Below are positions 10,260 through 24,631 of a stretch of DNA of 64,000 bases, in pieces. The stretch is from a virus. Taxonomy: Duplodnaviria > Caudoviricetes. The notes beneath the pieces are model-generated. The model ran no database searches. It saw only the letters and a list, made by a program, of their open reading frames with translations, and was not told where the DNA came from. Location of the stretch: the IMG/VR virus record IMGVR_UViG_3300021426_000067. One strand, written 5' to 3'. Position 1 is the first letter of the stretch. Every line of letters begins with the position of its first letter. Made by a program: the position numbers and the translations under genes.

Positions 10260-13200
10260 ATGGCACAAGCATCAGGCGAAATTAAATATACGATTGGATT
10301 TGATGTCCAAAAACAAAGTTTAAATGATTTAAAGGCTTCATTAGAAAGCATACGTAAAATGACGTATGGCGATTTTATGAAGATTAATAATTCAAGTATA
10401 AAAGAAGCCAGAAAAGATTTTGCTGAAGTTTAGAAAACTATTAAAGTTGTTGAAACAGCTATGGAAAGTGCATTTAATAAAAAATTAAATACAGTTAACA
10501 TAGATGCTTTTAATAGTAAATTAAAACAGAATTAGTTGACTCTTTAGCAAGTATATACAACTTTTAGTAAAGCTGGTGCAAGAGGATAGGCTTCTTTTAG
10601 AAATTTAACAACAAGTTTATTAAGTGTTAATACTGAATTAAGAAAATCACATGAATTTTTAGATAAAGTTGCAAATACATTTGCAAATACAATAAAGTGG
10701 ACCATTTCATCTTCTATTGTTAATAATTTCTCTCGTTCAATCCAAGAAGCATGGGGATATACAAAAGCATTAGATTCTTCTTTAAATGATATTAGAATTG
10801 TTACTGGTAATTCAGCAAATGAAATGGCAAGATTTGCGGTTTAGGCTAATGAGACTGCAAAAGCTCTTGGTAAAACTACAACTGATTATACTAACGCGGC
10901 TTTAATCTATGCTCAACAGGGTTTAAGTGATGAAGAAATTGCAAAAAGAACCGAAATAACTTTAAAGACTGCTAATGTTACTGGGCAATCTACGGATAAA
11001 GTATCTGAAGAATTAACTGCAGTTTGGAATGGTTATAAAGTAAATGCAGATGAAGCTGAAGTTTATGTAGATAGATTAGCGGCTGTTGCGGCAACAACCG
11101 CTTCTGACCTTCAAGAACTTAGTACTGCGATGAGTAAGGTCGCGAGCGCCGCAAATGCGATGGGTGTTAGTGAAGAACAGCTTGCCGCGCAATTATCAAC
11201 TATTATTTCCGCTACTCGTCAAGCACCAGAATCAGTTGGTACTGCCTTAAGAACTGTTTATGCACGTATTTCAGATATACAGGCCGGAATTGATGAAGAA
11301 GGGGTTTCTCTTGGTAACTATTCTGGAAAGATGGCAGAATTAGGTTTCAACGTTCTTGATATGAATGGTAAACTTCGTGATATGGGCGAAGTTATGGAAG
11401 AAATTGGTAATCGTTGGGGCGATTTAACTCGTGAACAACAAATTTCTCTTGCACAAACTATGGCTGGTCAAAGACAATATTCAAATTTAATTGCATTATT
11501 TGATAATTTTGAACAATATAATAAATCTTTGACTACAGCTCAAAATGCAGCTGGCACACTACAAGAACAACAAGATATATATATGGATAGTATGGCAGCG
11601 CATTTAAAGCAATTAAAAGCATCTACTGAAGGTATTTTTAATAGTTTATTTGATGAGTAGGCAACGGATGGAATAAAAGATTTAGTAGATGGATTGTCTG
11701 GTGTTGCTGATTTAATAGCCCAAGTTACTCAAGGATTAGGCGGTGGAATTGGAGTTTTACAGACTTTAGGAACAGTTGCTCTTCAAGTTTTTCAAACTCA
11801 ATTAGCGCGAGGTTTAGCAATTTCAATAGAAAATTTTCAAGCCGCAGAAAGAAATGCTTAGGCTTTAAAACAATCTATTCAAGCAGCAGCAGATATTTCA
11901 GCTTAGTTAGAAAAAAGACGTTCTGCAGATCCTTTTAATGCAAATTTAGATTATACTAAAGATATAGTTGATAAATATCAATTTTTCGGAGATAATTCTC
12001 GTTTATTGACACAAGAAGAATTTTCGCAAGCTCAACAACTTTTACAGAAGCAAGGAGATATTAGCGGAAAAATATTAATTAATGATGAGGATATTGAAGC
12101 AATTGAAAGAGCCAGAATAGCTGTTTATTAGTTAATGGAAAGTGAATAGCGTTTTAGTAGTAGTGATGAAGTAGAAAAACATCTTTAGAAGCAAAAAGTA
12201 TCCCTTTTTGGAGTCCAAAAAGAATTAAAAAATTTTGCATCAACTTGGAAAGATTTTAGTAATGCTTTAGAACAAGGAAATACTAATGATATTAATACTT
12301 ATTTTGGACAATTACAAACAATATTAACTAACTTAAAGACAAAAGTTGGTGCGGGAGGAATTTTTCAAGATATTCCAGATGCAGCAAAAAAAGCTATATA
12401 TGCAGCACAACTTGAATTTAATAAAATTGATTTAAGTGGTTCTGCAGACAGTATTAAAGAACAAACTTTAGCAATTTTTGGAAATTTATCTGCAGGAGTA
12501 AAAACATCAATAGCAGAAATTAATGCTGAAATGGAAGTTATTAAAGGCACAGATTAGGCAAAATATAAAGAATTACTTCAACGAAGACAAGAATTAGAAA
12601 AATTATTAGCAGACATTTAGAAAGATAGACAAGCTCTTGTAAATACTACTTAGAATAGAATTAACACAGAAAGTTTAGTCAAAACAGTTGGTGGAGTTGC
12701 AAGTTTAGCAAGAGGAATAGCTCAAACAGGTCAAATAGTAAAAACTTTTTTTAATGACAATTTGACAGCAGGAGAAAAATTTACACAAATAATTACTGGA
12801 TTATCTTTTGCTATTCCAATGTTGACAAAGGGATTTCAACAAGCTAAAGAAGCGGCAGTTACATTTTTTGGAGTAAGTTAGGCGATGGCAGGACCTGTTA
12901 TAATAGCCATTACAGCGATAATAGCGGTTTTTACTGCAATCTCTGAATATCAAAAACAAATATATTAGAATGAAATTAAAGCCTATGATGCCGCTATTGA
13001 AACTAACAGAGCAATTCGATAGGAAGCTGAATCTTATGAAGGTTTATATGATGCATTAGAGAAATTAAATGAATAGCAACAAGATCATATTATGACAAGA
13101 CATTAGTTAAGAACTAAAATTGAAGAATTAATTAATGAATATGGTCTTGAAGGAGAAGCTGCTGAAAAACTTCGTAAAAATTATACAGATTTAAAACAAG

Positions 13201-16200
13201 GTATCATTTAGGCTCGTCAGTAGGCAGCAAAAACAGAATTTAATGCTGCTCAAGAGGAATTTAATGCTGCTGGTGGTAAATTCAATAAAATGGCTGATCA
13301 TTATACTGATTCAAACTTATTTGAAGGTGGACATCAGAGAGTATTTACTGGAAGAATGTCTGAAAGTGGAGATAGAGATATAGCAGATAAACTTTCTCAA
13401 ATTCAAGGGATAGAATCAAGTATAGACGGAAGCGGAATTATATCTCTTGAACTTAAAATGAGTGATTCTGTTTATGAGCGTTTTAAACAAATTGAAGAGA
13501 TAAAAACAAAAATAAATGAATTAGAAAGTGAAGCTACAACAAGTGAGGAAAAAACTGCTTTATATAACAGTCCTCTATATACTCAACTTAATGGTTTCTT
13601 AACTAAATTATAGGAAGGAACAGCAGATTATAAAACTTCTTTAGAAGCTATATAGCAAGCTACTGTAAATACTGTATTAGTAAATATTCCTGATTTTATG
13701 AATAATTCTATTTAGGGCGTAAATAATTATTTAATTAACAGAGCAGAAGCTATCAAACAAGTAGAATAGGAATTAAAATAGCAAGGAATAGAACAAGAGG
13801 GATTAGCAGCAGAATTAGTTGATAAACAGTTATCTTCTAAATTTGGAGAATTATATGCGGATTATGGTAAGGCTGGAAAATTTATTGATGAATTAACTGA
13901 AAAATTTGGAAAAGATACTGATAAAATTCAACAAGAATTAGATAAATTAAACCCAAATCAATTGGAATATTTAATTCAATTACTTGATTTAAATCCTTCT
14001 ATTGGGAAGACTTGGGAAGATATATTATCTCTTATTGATAAGGTTTCCAAAAAAGAAGTTTCTGATTTGGCGATTAATCCAGATAATTTATCGGCTTTTC
14101 AAGAAATGGCTTCTTAGAAATATAGTTCTTTACAATAGGTTGAAGATAAAGTTAAAAGTGGAAAAAATTTAACTAAAACTGAATTTCAAAATTTAGGTTC
14201 TTTAGCTCCTGATTTAACAGATTATTTTAAACAAGCAATAAATGGAACATATGAATTAAAAGAATCTGCTCAAGAATTTTATAATGCGATTGATAAAGAA
14301 AAAGTTGCTGATTTTGGAACTGCTTTAAGTACTGCTTATGACCAAATTGATAAAATAAAAACTTTAAAAGCAACTGGGGTGGATTATGAAGATGTAATGC
14401 AAAAAAATTATTAGTCAGTACAGTCTATCCCTGGAGGACCTGATCAGGCTATTGGAATTAATGATGAATTAGTTCAAAAGCAATTAGATTATTTATAGGC
14501 GGTTGATGCAACCAATAAAGAATCTGTTGATATGTGGAGATAGCAAATTCAAGAAGGTAGAGCAACTAAGGAAACTTATGATGAAATTTATCAAGCATTA
14601 GAAAGAGTAAAAGATCTTGGTGACCTTAATGACGCTTTAGGGGAAAATGAGAAAACAGCCAGATAGTTAGAACAAGCTATTCATGATGCTATGTTTCCTC
14701 TTGATGAAGATGTTGATTCAAAAGCACTTCAATCTTTAACTGATACAATTCAAGGAATGGCTGATTCTTCAGCTGAATTAGCAGATATTTTAGAAGAAGA
14801 TAAACGAGCAGCTGAAGATGTGTCAGAGTCTATTTTAAGATTTGACGATGCTATTCAAAATGTCGTAGATAGTTATGATGATTGGATGGGAGCGTTAACA
14901 AGTGGTGCTGTGGGAGAGCAATCTGAAGCAATAGATGGATTACGAGATGCTTATGCTGATTTATTAGATATGGATGCTTCTGCTTTACCTGAAAGTTTTT
15001 TACAAAGTGCTGAAAATCTTTAGTTGATGAAAGCTGCTATTGATGGTAGTGAAGAGGCTTATAATCAACTTCTTGAAAATGCTGCTCAAGCTATTTTATT
15101 AGATGTAGGATTAGATACTGATCAATTTTATAGTGACAGAGATAATATTCAAACTGCTATGGAGTATTTAACAGGACAGGAGTTTGATGATATCGAAGTT
15201 GGAGCTGAATTAAATGATGCTAATTTTTTAGCTGGTTTAGAGAATATTGTTAATGCGTCTGGGATGACCGCTCAACAGGCAACAGACTATCTTGCTGCTA
15301 TGGGCGTAGATGCAGAAGTTATAGAAGATACCAGCCGAGTTAGAGACATCCATCAATATACCGGTGCGAAACCAACCATTGAAGATAATCCTTTCCTTGG
15401 TACTGATCCTGCAACTGGAGCGCCAATGACATATCATTTCCCTACAGTGACTTATGAAACCGTTCCTTCTTAGGGTGAAGATATAAAAGAAAATTCTGCT
15501 TTTGCCTTAAAAGTAACTGCTGCTCATAAATCTTCTGGTGGTGGTTTTAAATTTAGAAATGCTGCAAATGGTGGTGGTTCTAAAGGTCAACAACGTAGAG
15601 CTGGTTCCGGTAAAAAAGGCGGCGGAGGTAAGAAAGGTGGAGGCGGGAAAGGCAAATCCGCACAACCAGATACCTCTAAAAAAGATAAGAAAAAGGAGAT
15701 GGAAGATTAGCGAGATATTTACCATGATATTAATATTGAATTAGAGCAAATTAATAGATAGCTTGAAAGAACATAGAAAGTTCAATAGAGATTGTATGGT
15801 AAAGATCTTATTGATAATTTAAATAAACAAACCGCAATCTTAGAAGCTCATAAAAAGAAACTTAAAGAAAAACAAGAACTTCAAAAAGAAGATTTAAAGA
15901 ATCAACAAAAAAATCTTAAAAATCTCGGCGTTATGTTTGATGAGTATGGTAATATTGCCAATTATATGAGTGTTCTTGGTAATAAACAACTTGAGATTAA
16001 TGCCAGAACAAAAGATTATAATGCTTTAATTGAACAATATAATAAATCAACTAATAAAGATGCTAAAAAAGCTATTGCTGACCAAGCTGAAGCTATAAAT
16101 AAAGAAATTAAAAAAGCGGAAGACGAATATAAAGACCTTGAAAAGAAAATTAAAAACTATGATAAACTTCGTGAAGATATGGAAGATTTAGTTGATGAGA

Positions 16201-18731
16201 TTGAAGAAGAAACTCAAAAGCAAATTGAATTAAATATTAAGAAGTTTAGAATGGAACTTGAAATCAGATTAGATATGGGATAGGCTGAACGAGATTGGAA
16301 TAAGTTCCGCAGAGAAGTCCTTGAAGGCACTGATGTTCTTAAAGGTACTGAATTTGAGAAGATTTTTAAGGACGCCGCAAAAGACGCTACAGATTTAAAT
16401 TCTTATTTTGATGTTCACGGAAGCAAAGGAACTATATAGACTCTTACTGATCAACTATTAGCTACAAAAGCGCAGATTGACGCTATTAATGCCACTGGTA
16501 CATCTGATATTTATGGTGACAATAAAGCGCAAGCTATGTAGGATTTACAGAATGATCTTAAAGAATTAATGGATCAAATGGAAGAAGTTGAAGAGTTAAT
16601 TAATAATATTGATGAAGCATATCTTGACACTATTGATGATGTTCAAGACCAATTTGATAAACAAATTGAAGATTATGAATATATTAATGATTTAATTGAA
16701 TCTAATATGGATTTATTAGAAATTATGTATGGTGAAAAGAATTATAATGCTATGCAAAATTATTATGATATGTTACAAAGAAATAATATAAGACAACTTG
16801 ATTCATTAAAACAACAGAGACAATTCTGGAAAGAACAATGGGATGCGGCAGTTGCTCGTGGAGACACGAACGCCGCAGAGAAATTTAAAGAAAATTATAA
16901 GGAAACTATCAAAAATCTTAATTCTTTAATTCAAGAATCTGCAGAAACTTTACAAGATAAGTATGTTAATGCTATTGATAAAATATTTGATGAATTAGAT
17001 AAGAAATTATCTAATGGTCATGGAACTGATTATTTAAATACACAATGGTAGTTAATGAATAAAAATGCAGACGAATATCTTGATACTATTAATACCGCAT
17101 TTGCTATTCAAGAGACTGAAGATAAATTTAGAAAAGCATTAGATGATACTAAGAGTATTAAAAATCAACAAGCCTTAAAGAAATTAATGAATGAACAACT
17201 TGATATTTTAAAGAATAAATAGAAAGTTACTCAATATGATATTGATAGGGCGGAGAAGCTGTTAGAAGTAGAAAGAGCCAGAATCGCACTTGAAGAAGCG
17301 CAATCCGCAAAAACTTCTTTAAGATTAAAGAGAGACTCTCAAGGTAATTATTCTTATGAGTATGCGGCAGATAGTGGTTCTGTAGATGATGCTCGTTCTA
17401 ATTTAGCACAGGCTCAAAATGATTTATATAATTTCGATAAAGAGCGTTATCAATCTAATTTGAATGATATGCTTCAGGCTTGGAAAGATTTCCAAAATGA
17501 TTATAAAGATATATTAACTGATACTGCTTTAACTGAACAAGAGAGAGTTGAAAGACTTGCTTTATTAAGAGACGAATATGGTCAATATATCAATGATAAA
17601 ACTGAAGAAAATCTTAATATTAGAAATAATTTAAGAGAGTCTGCATTTGCCGATATAGCTGCATTATATAATACAGATGTTGCTAATTATAATCAAATGT
17701 CTCAAGATGAGCAAAATATTCTTATGGGAGATTTGGTTCCAGCATGGCAAAGTGGTATTCAAGAGATGTCAGATGCGGTTGCTGGTGAAGGTGGATTTAT
17801 CCCTACCTGTGAAGAAGCATTTGAAGATATTGAAGAACAGACTCGTTCTTACCAAGATTCATTACAAGAATTAGCGGATGCTGCAGGTATCAATCTTGAG
17901 GATATTAGAAATGGTGTTTCTAATTTAATAGATGAATTTGAAGTATTAGTAGAAGAAAATGATGATATTCTTAATCGCATGAGAGATTAGATGTTTGCTA
18001 TTGAATCTTTAAAAAATCAAGCACAACAACTTGTTGGAGAATATAATAATGTTTATCAAGCAGCTGCTAATGCGGTTATTCAATTACATAATTTCGTACA
18101 AGCTGAACAAGCTGCTGCCGCCGCATATCAAGCTACTGCCGCGTCATATGAAAATATGATTCGTAGGATGCAAGCTGCTAACGCCGCCTATGCGAGAAAT
18201 CCATATGGAGGAGGCATCTCTGGAGATAGCAGTTCTGGCGGTGGAAGTAGTTCCGGTGGTGGAGGAGGAAACGGATCCGGAGGAAGTGGATCTGGAAGTT
18301 CATCAGGAAGAAGTAGTAATTCCGCTTCTGGAAATAGGGGCGGTTATGCTTATTATACAGGTAGCACAGGTAAGGTTACTTATACAGGGCATTATAGATA
18401 TGCTTCTGGTGGATATACTGGAGACTGGGGGAGTGATGACCCCAAATTAGCTTGGGTTGATAGAAAAGAGTTAGTATTAAATAAAGATGATACTAAAAAC
18501 TTCTTAGAAGGAACTTATATTCTAAGAGAAATTTCTGCTTCATTAGAAGGTTCTTTAAGTAATCGAATGAACAATATTGGTATTAGATCTGTTAATTCTA
18601 AGGATAAAGATGAAATTCAACAAAATGTGCATATAGATGCTACATTCCCTAATGTAGATAGTAAACGTGAAATCGAAGAAGCACTTAGTGATTTAGTTAA
18701 TCTTGCCGCACAAAGAGTATTACATAGATAA
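10260..18731 (+). CDS. Tape measure protein, 2823 aa with TAG readthrough
   Basis: ORF-track fragments at 11130, 13290, 14691, 15024, 15792, 16569, 17460 and 17991 share the frame of ATG 10260 and are broken at TAG; TP901-type core (LNDIRIVTG, PESVGTALRTVYARI, AGQRQYSNLIALFDN); long coiled coil; YASGGYTG C-terminus. Confidence 0.9.
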
Positions 18732-18732
18732 A

Positions 18733-18765
18733 AGTAAGGGGTATTTTACCCCTTACTTCTTTTTT
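18733..18765 (+). terminator. Intrinsic terminator
   Basis: aagtaagggg-tatttta-ccccttactt followed by T-run. Confidence 0.75.
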
Positions 18766-18776
18766 AAGGAGAAAAT

Positions 18777-18947
18777 ATGGATAAAGATGAATTATAGTTA
18801 TTAAGACACAAGTGGTAGCATAGAGTATTAGAAATTGAGGATATGTTATAGCTTGTGGATAGTGGGAAAATAACTAAAGAAGATTTTTTTGATATAACCA
18901 GATACTCTTATTAGGGTATTTATATAGCTAAAAAATTTGAGGATTAA
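18777..18947 (+). CDS. Small hypothetical protein (4 in-frame TAG)
   Basis: AAGGAG RBS; 56 aa with TAG readthrough; TAA stop. Confidence 0.55.
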
Positions 18948-19052
18948 TTTGACTTTTGAAAAAAATTATGGTATAATATCCATGAGGATAAGATAAAACA
19001 TCTTGTCTAAAGGATTTTTATATCTAATTAAAAAGAGATATAAGGAGGAAAC

Positions 19053-22000
19053 ATGAGTATAAGTGAAAAAGTTTTAGATGCTATTTAGATATTAGCAGAT
19101 AATTCTGTAAAAAAAGCAGATTACGATAGAACAATTCAAGCTCAGATACTTTCATGTGAAGATGCAACGATTGGTAAATATAGATGTCGTTATCAAGACG
19201 CAGTTTTCTATGCTTATTCAAATAATACGGATATTACGTATAGTAATGGCGCATTGGTTTATATATTAGTGCCAGGTAATGATTTTAAGAAGGAAAAAAC
19301 AATTCTTGGTACAACTAAAAAATTAGGAATTAATTATATTACTCAGGCGGAAGGCGATTAGGCTTATGATATAATTGGAACTAATGGGATAGAAAATAGT
19401 CAAACTTTTTATTTAGATACAAATTATGAATATGAGTATTCTATATATGAAGCAGAAGGCGAAAAAAGTATTGAATTAGATACCCAAGCCATAGAAAAAT
19501 ATATAAAAGAATCTTCATCTATTATTGTCGGAGCTGCTATAAAAACTTCAATAAAAGCTGAAAGACAATTAAGAGGACATTATGGTATTGTTTATAATTT
19601 AAAATTTATAGATAATGCTACTGGAAAAGAAACTATTCGTTCATATACAATAGATGAAGATAATATGGTTGGAAATCCTTATAGATTATTATATCCTATT
19701 AGACAATACCAAATTTTTGACGTTGATGGTCCGAATTTTGTAAGAGTTGAATCTATTAAAATTTTTTGTAAGAGTTTCCCAGATAGTGTTCCTTTAGAAA
19801 ATAACACTGAACTTCATCCAGATATTGAAATTAGTCAGTTATAGTTAAATGGCGCTTGCCGCATGTCAGAAAGTTAGATTAATGGGATTGCAATTTCTTT
19901 TTATACTCCACAAGGAACTTTCTTTCCACCGGGGACAAAAGGCGGCAATAAGCTGATCACCGCACAAGTTAGGGTAAAAGGAAAATTAGTTTCAGCAGAT
20001 CAAAAGATTCCTTTCTATTGGGGAAAAGAAAATGTAGGAGTAACTCCAAGTAATCCTTATTATAATAAATACTTAGGACGTGGTTGGAAATGTATTAATA
20101 GTAAACAAGAATTAGATAGTGAAACTTTTGAATGGATTTCTGGTAAAAATACATATGTTATTAATTTTGGAGAAGCTACCGCAAAAGATAACTGGTTAAA
20201 AGTTGCTATTGTATATGATGGTAATGTTATTAGTAAAAAAATTAATATTCAAAATTTAACAGATAAAATTTATCCAATAATTGAATCAAATGATGGAACT
20301 AAATTTTATTATGATGTTGGACATCCAACTTTGACCGTAAAAATTATGTAGAAAAAAGACGGTGTAATAAAATAGATTGAAGATATAAGTCAATTTCAAT
20401 ATTATTGGGCATATGAAGATAATACAGGGAATCTCGTTGAATTGCCTTAGATTTTTGGAACAGAAAGCCCTAATTATAAATATAATAAAGCTGTAAATGA
20501 TTTAAATGATTTAACCAATGATATTCAAAAAAATTATAATGCTGAAAATATTAGAGTATTAAATGAAACTCTTAAACAATATGATTTTATTCAAAGAGTT
20601 TAGGGGAATCAAATTCATGATGTTCAAATTAGAAACATAACTTCATTTGGTACTTTTAAATGCTCTGTTTTTTCAGGAGAATTATACATTGGAACCGCCC
20701 AAATTACTTTAACAAATACTTTAGATGGAGAAGGATTATATTCTCTTGTTATTAATAATGGTTCTGCGGTTTATCAATATAATGAAAATGGAGTCGCTCC
20801 TAATAATAAAACTTTAGATAATCCTCAACAGATTCCTGCACTTACATTTACTGTATATGATAATCAAGGAAAACCGCTTGATTCAAATATGATTGTAAAT
20901 GATAGTAAGTGTAAAGTTAGATGGAAAATTCCTTTAGGAAATGATACTTTATTAGTTGATAATATGCTTAAGACTCCTAATGATCCAAATCGTATTGAAA
21001 CTGAATCATATGTATATTATGATAAGGTCGAAACTTTATCTTATGGAATTGCTAATAAATATGATATTAAAAAGCAAAATAATCAGATTTAGCTTACTGT
21101 TGATTATAAAGGATTAAATTTAACAGCGAGAACTAACTTTACTTTTGCTAAACAAGGTGAACCAGGAACTAACGGTACTGAATATGTTGTTAAAATTGTT
21201 CCAAATACTACAATGGATAATCCGCCATTATGGCCGATGATTACTAAGAAAGAAGGTGCCGGATATTAGATAAATTATGGTATAAATAGTTCTGCACCTA
21301 TTTCTGAAATAAATGAAGGTGTAGATAAAAAATTATTTAAAGCTCAACTTTGGCAAGATGGAGAAGAAATTTGGGAAGGTATTTCCAACGATGATGAATA
21401 TAAAAATTTAAAAGTAGATCTTATTCATTGGGAAGTTTTAAAAAATATATATAATAAAAGTAATAATATTAATATAGAAGATTTTTCTGCTTTTCAGATA
21501 CCTTCATAGGGGGATATTCAATTATCTCAATGGGAAGGAAATTTGAAAACACCTGAAGCTAATATTATTAAATGTAGTATTACTTATGGCGGACAAGGTA
21601 AAACTTACTATGGGACTATTCCTATAATAACCGCGTGGGTTAAACAAGAAAAAAATGAAAAGAATGAATATAAAGAGAAATATAGAATTGGATTAAGAAA
21701 TTTTACTGGTTTTAGACATGTGTTATATACTTCTGATGGCATAAATCCTCAATATGATAATTCTCATCCTTTTGAATTTTATTGTGAAGAATTAATTAAA
21801 AAAGAAGGTACAGAAATTTAGACTTGGGAAGACGTTTCTAATGTTTAGGGTAGTCATCAAATAACTTATAAATTTTTTGCAATAGGAAATTATCAAAGTT
21901 ATGATGAAACATATACTTCAACTAATGCAAACTTATTAACTATATTAGGAGAGGCTTACAGAAAAGGGCTAACTCCAAATCAATGCCCTGCTCGTCCAGC

Positions 22001-23921
22001 CGCAAAATATGATGGACAATGTGTAAATGTAGCTATCTGTTGTGAAATGCGTCAGAATGGAGAAGTAATAGGTCAAATTAAAGTTCCTATTCATTATTTA
22101 TTAAATAAATTTGGTTTATCTCATATTAATGATTGGGATGGTAATAGTATTTAGATTAATAATAATGGTGGTTATATACTATCACCGCAAATGGGAGCTG
22201 GTGTAAAAAATAAACAAAATCAATTTACTGGCGTATTAATGGGTGAAGTTATTACTCCAAATAAAAAAGAATCTGATATAGGTTTATTAGGTTATGTAGA
22301 TGGCGACAGAACAATTTTCTTAAATAGTAGAAATGGTTCTGCACTTTTTGGTAGAGCTAATCAAGCTCAAATTACTATTGACCCAACAACAGATAGAGGA
22401 ATGATTTATAGTGGAAAATTTTGGAAAAACTATAATTAGGATGGGCTACCAAATGATTATAAATATAGACATTTTCCAACAGAAGAAGATAGAAAAGCAA
22501 AAAATTTTAATTAGAATGATGAAAAATATTTTAAACCTAATGAAAATGTTATTAATAAACAAGGATTAATAATTGATTTAACTACTCCTGAGATTTATTT
22601 TGGTACTGGTAATTTTTATGTAACAAAAGATGGCTATATTCATGCTGTAGGTGGCGGAGATATTGCTAATTGGCAAATTGGTAAGACTACATTAAAAAGT
22701 AAAACTGGTGGGATTACTTTAGATTCTTCTGGAAAGGTTTATTCTGGTGCTCATGATGATTTAACAAAAACCAGTGATGGATTTTATTTGGCGGCAGATG
22801 GATTGTCTATTGGTCATCAAGTTAAAATTGAAAAAGATGGAATAATGTATTTAGGAAAAAATGCAGTATCTCAAGCCTATGATAACTATTGGACTATTGA
22901 TGGAAGTGATGCTGGATCTCATATTTCTTTTGGAACATTAATAAATCTTCCAAAGTTAGATAAAAATGGAAAAGAAATAAAAGATAAAGATGGGAAAACT
23001 GTATATGAAGGTTAGAAATGGTATCCAGCGACACCTAAAAGTGGAATAAATAAAAATGATAAAAGAATAAAAGATGGAACTGACCCCAGAAGTAATACAA
23101 TTTATTTAGGTACAGATGGAATTTCTCTTGGTAAAAGATTTTCTGTTTCACCAGGTGGACAATTAATCGCTTATAATGGAATTATTGGTGGTTGGACAAT
23201 TGATTCAACAAAAATTTATGCAGAAAGTATACAATTAAATAGTGATGGTTCAATGAAAGGTGGGTATGCGAAAGCTATTCTTAATAAAGATAAACCAAAT
23301 GAAACGACTAATACTCAATGGAGTATTAGTAATCAAGGAGTAGCTTCTTTTAATTATATTAAAGCTAATAGTGGTGGAAAAATAGGTGGTTGGACAATTC
23401 AACCAGGAACTTTAACTGGAACATCAGATGGAGGCAATAAAATTATATTAGATGCAAATGGTGGAACTATAAAAGCAGTAAATAGTGATGGAGCTGCTTT
23501 ATGGTCTATTGGTCGAGGCGGAACGGCAAGTTTTAATAATAATTTTTATTTATCTGGTACAGGAGAAATTCAAGGAACTGGAAGTTTATCAGGATCAGGC
23601 ATGAGTATGGGAGCTGTAGGAAGCACGATAAATCCTGCAAGTGTTACTGTTCCAGATGGAGGTACTTTAACAAAATATATTAGTAAGTTAATTGTAAATG
23701 ATTTAAATGTATGTAAAAATTTTCAGTATAATGGTAACAAAGTTTTTTGGAGAAAAATTGAATTTGTAACAGGTATACACAAATCTCAAAGTATAGGAAA
23801 ATTTTTTTATTATACATAGTCTTTATGGGTACTGGGAACAGAGGTGACGGGAGGATTGACAGCAAAAGGTGTTACTCTTAATTTACCAGAAAGTAAGCCA
23901 AGAACATCAACAGGAGGATAA
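19053..23921 (+). CDS. Large tail/baseplate protein, 1622 aa with TAG readthrough
   Basis: AAGGAGG RBS; fragments at 20889, 21543, 22191, 22788 and 23253 are in frame; repeated GxIGGWTI motifs typical of tail proteins. Confidence 0.8.
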
Positions 23922-23929
23922 TATTATTT

Positions 23930-24136
23930 ATGAATGAAAAAATTTCAATAAATTTAGCTACACAAAATTTTAAAGAAAAATTAATAGAAGATATATAGAA
24001 TAGTGGATTACCTGCAGTAGTTATTATGTTAATTTGGCAATCTATGTTAAGAGATATAGAAAGTGCATATTATTCTTCTCTTAATATTGAAATGGCTTAG
24101 CAAAAACAAAAAGATTTTAAAGAAGAGGAAATATGA
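23930..24136 (+). CDS. Small hypothetical protein (2 TAG)
   Basis: GGAGG RBS; I*NSGLP motif; TGA overlaps the next ATG. Confidence 0.6.
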
Positions 24137-24621
24137 AAATTTTATCGTTAGATTTATCTACGAAAAGTAGCGGCTATGCAGTTTCTTAGGACTAGACCTT
24201 GGAATCTTATGGCTGCATAACCGCAACTTCAAGAGATGTAATACAAAGAATAATAAAAATGCGGAATTAGCTATCTCAAATTATTAAAGATAATAACGTA
24301 AAAAAGATATTGATGGAAGAAGTGCGACCTGATTATAATATTCATACAAGTAAAGTGTTAATGTGGTTACAGGCGGCGGTTGTTATCGCCGCCCATGAAC
24401 TGGACCCAACAATTTAGTATGAATTTATTAACACTAATTAGTGGCGGGCCGCCCTGAACATTAAACAAGGACGAGGTATACGAAGATAGCAACTGAAACC
24501 GCAAGATATTAAATATGTTTAGGATAAATATCATATAACAGTAAATGATGATATAGCAGACGCTATTTGTATATTAGATGCTTATCATACAAAAATAAAT
24601 AATTAGATTAATTGGTAGTAA
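24133..24621 (+). CDS. RuvC-like Holliday junction resolvase (9 in-frame TAG)
   Basis: MKILSLDLSTKSSGYAV, MEEV, N*WR, NDDIADAICI catalytic motifs; absent from the ORF track because of TAGs. Confidence 0.85.
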
Positions 24622-24631
24622 GGAGAATCAA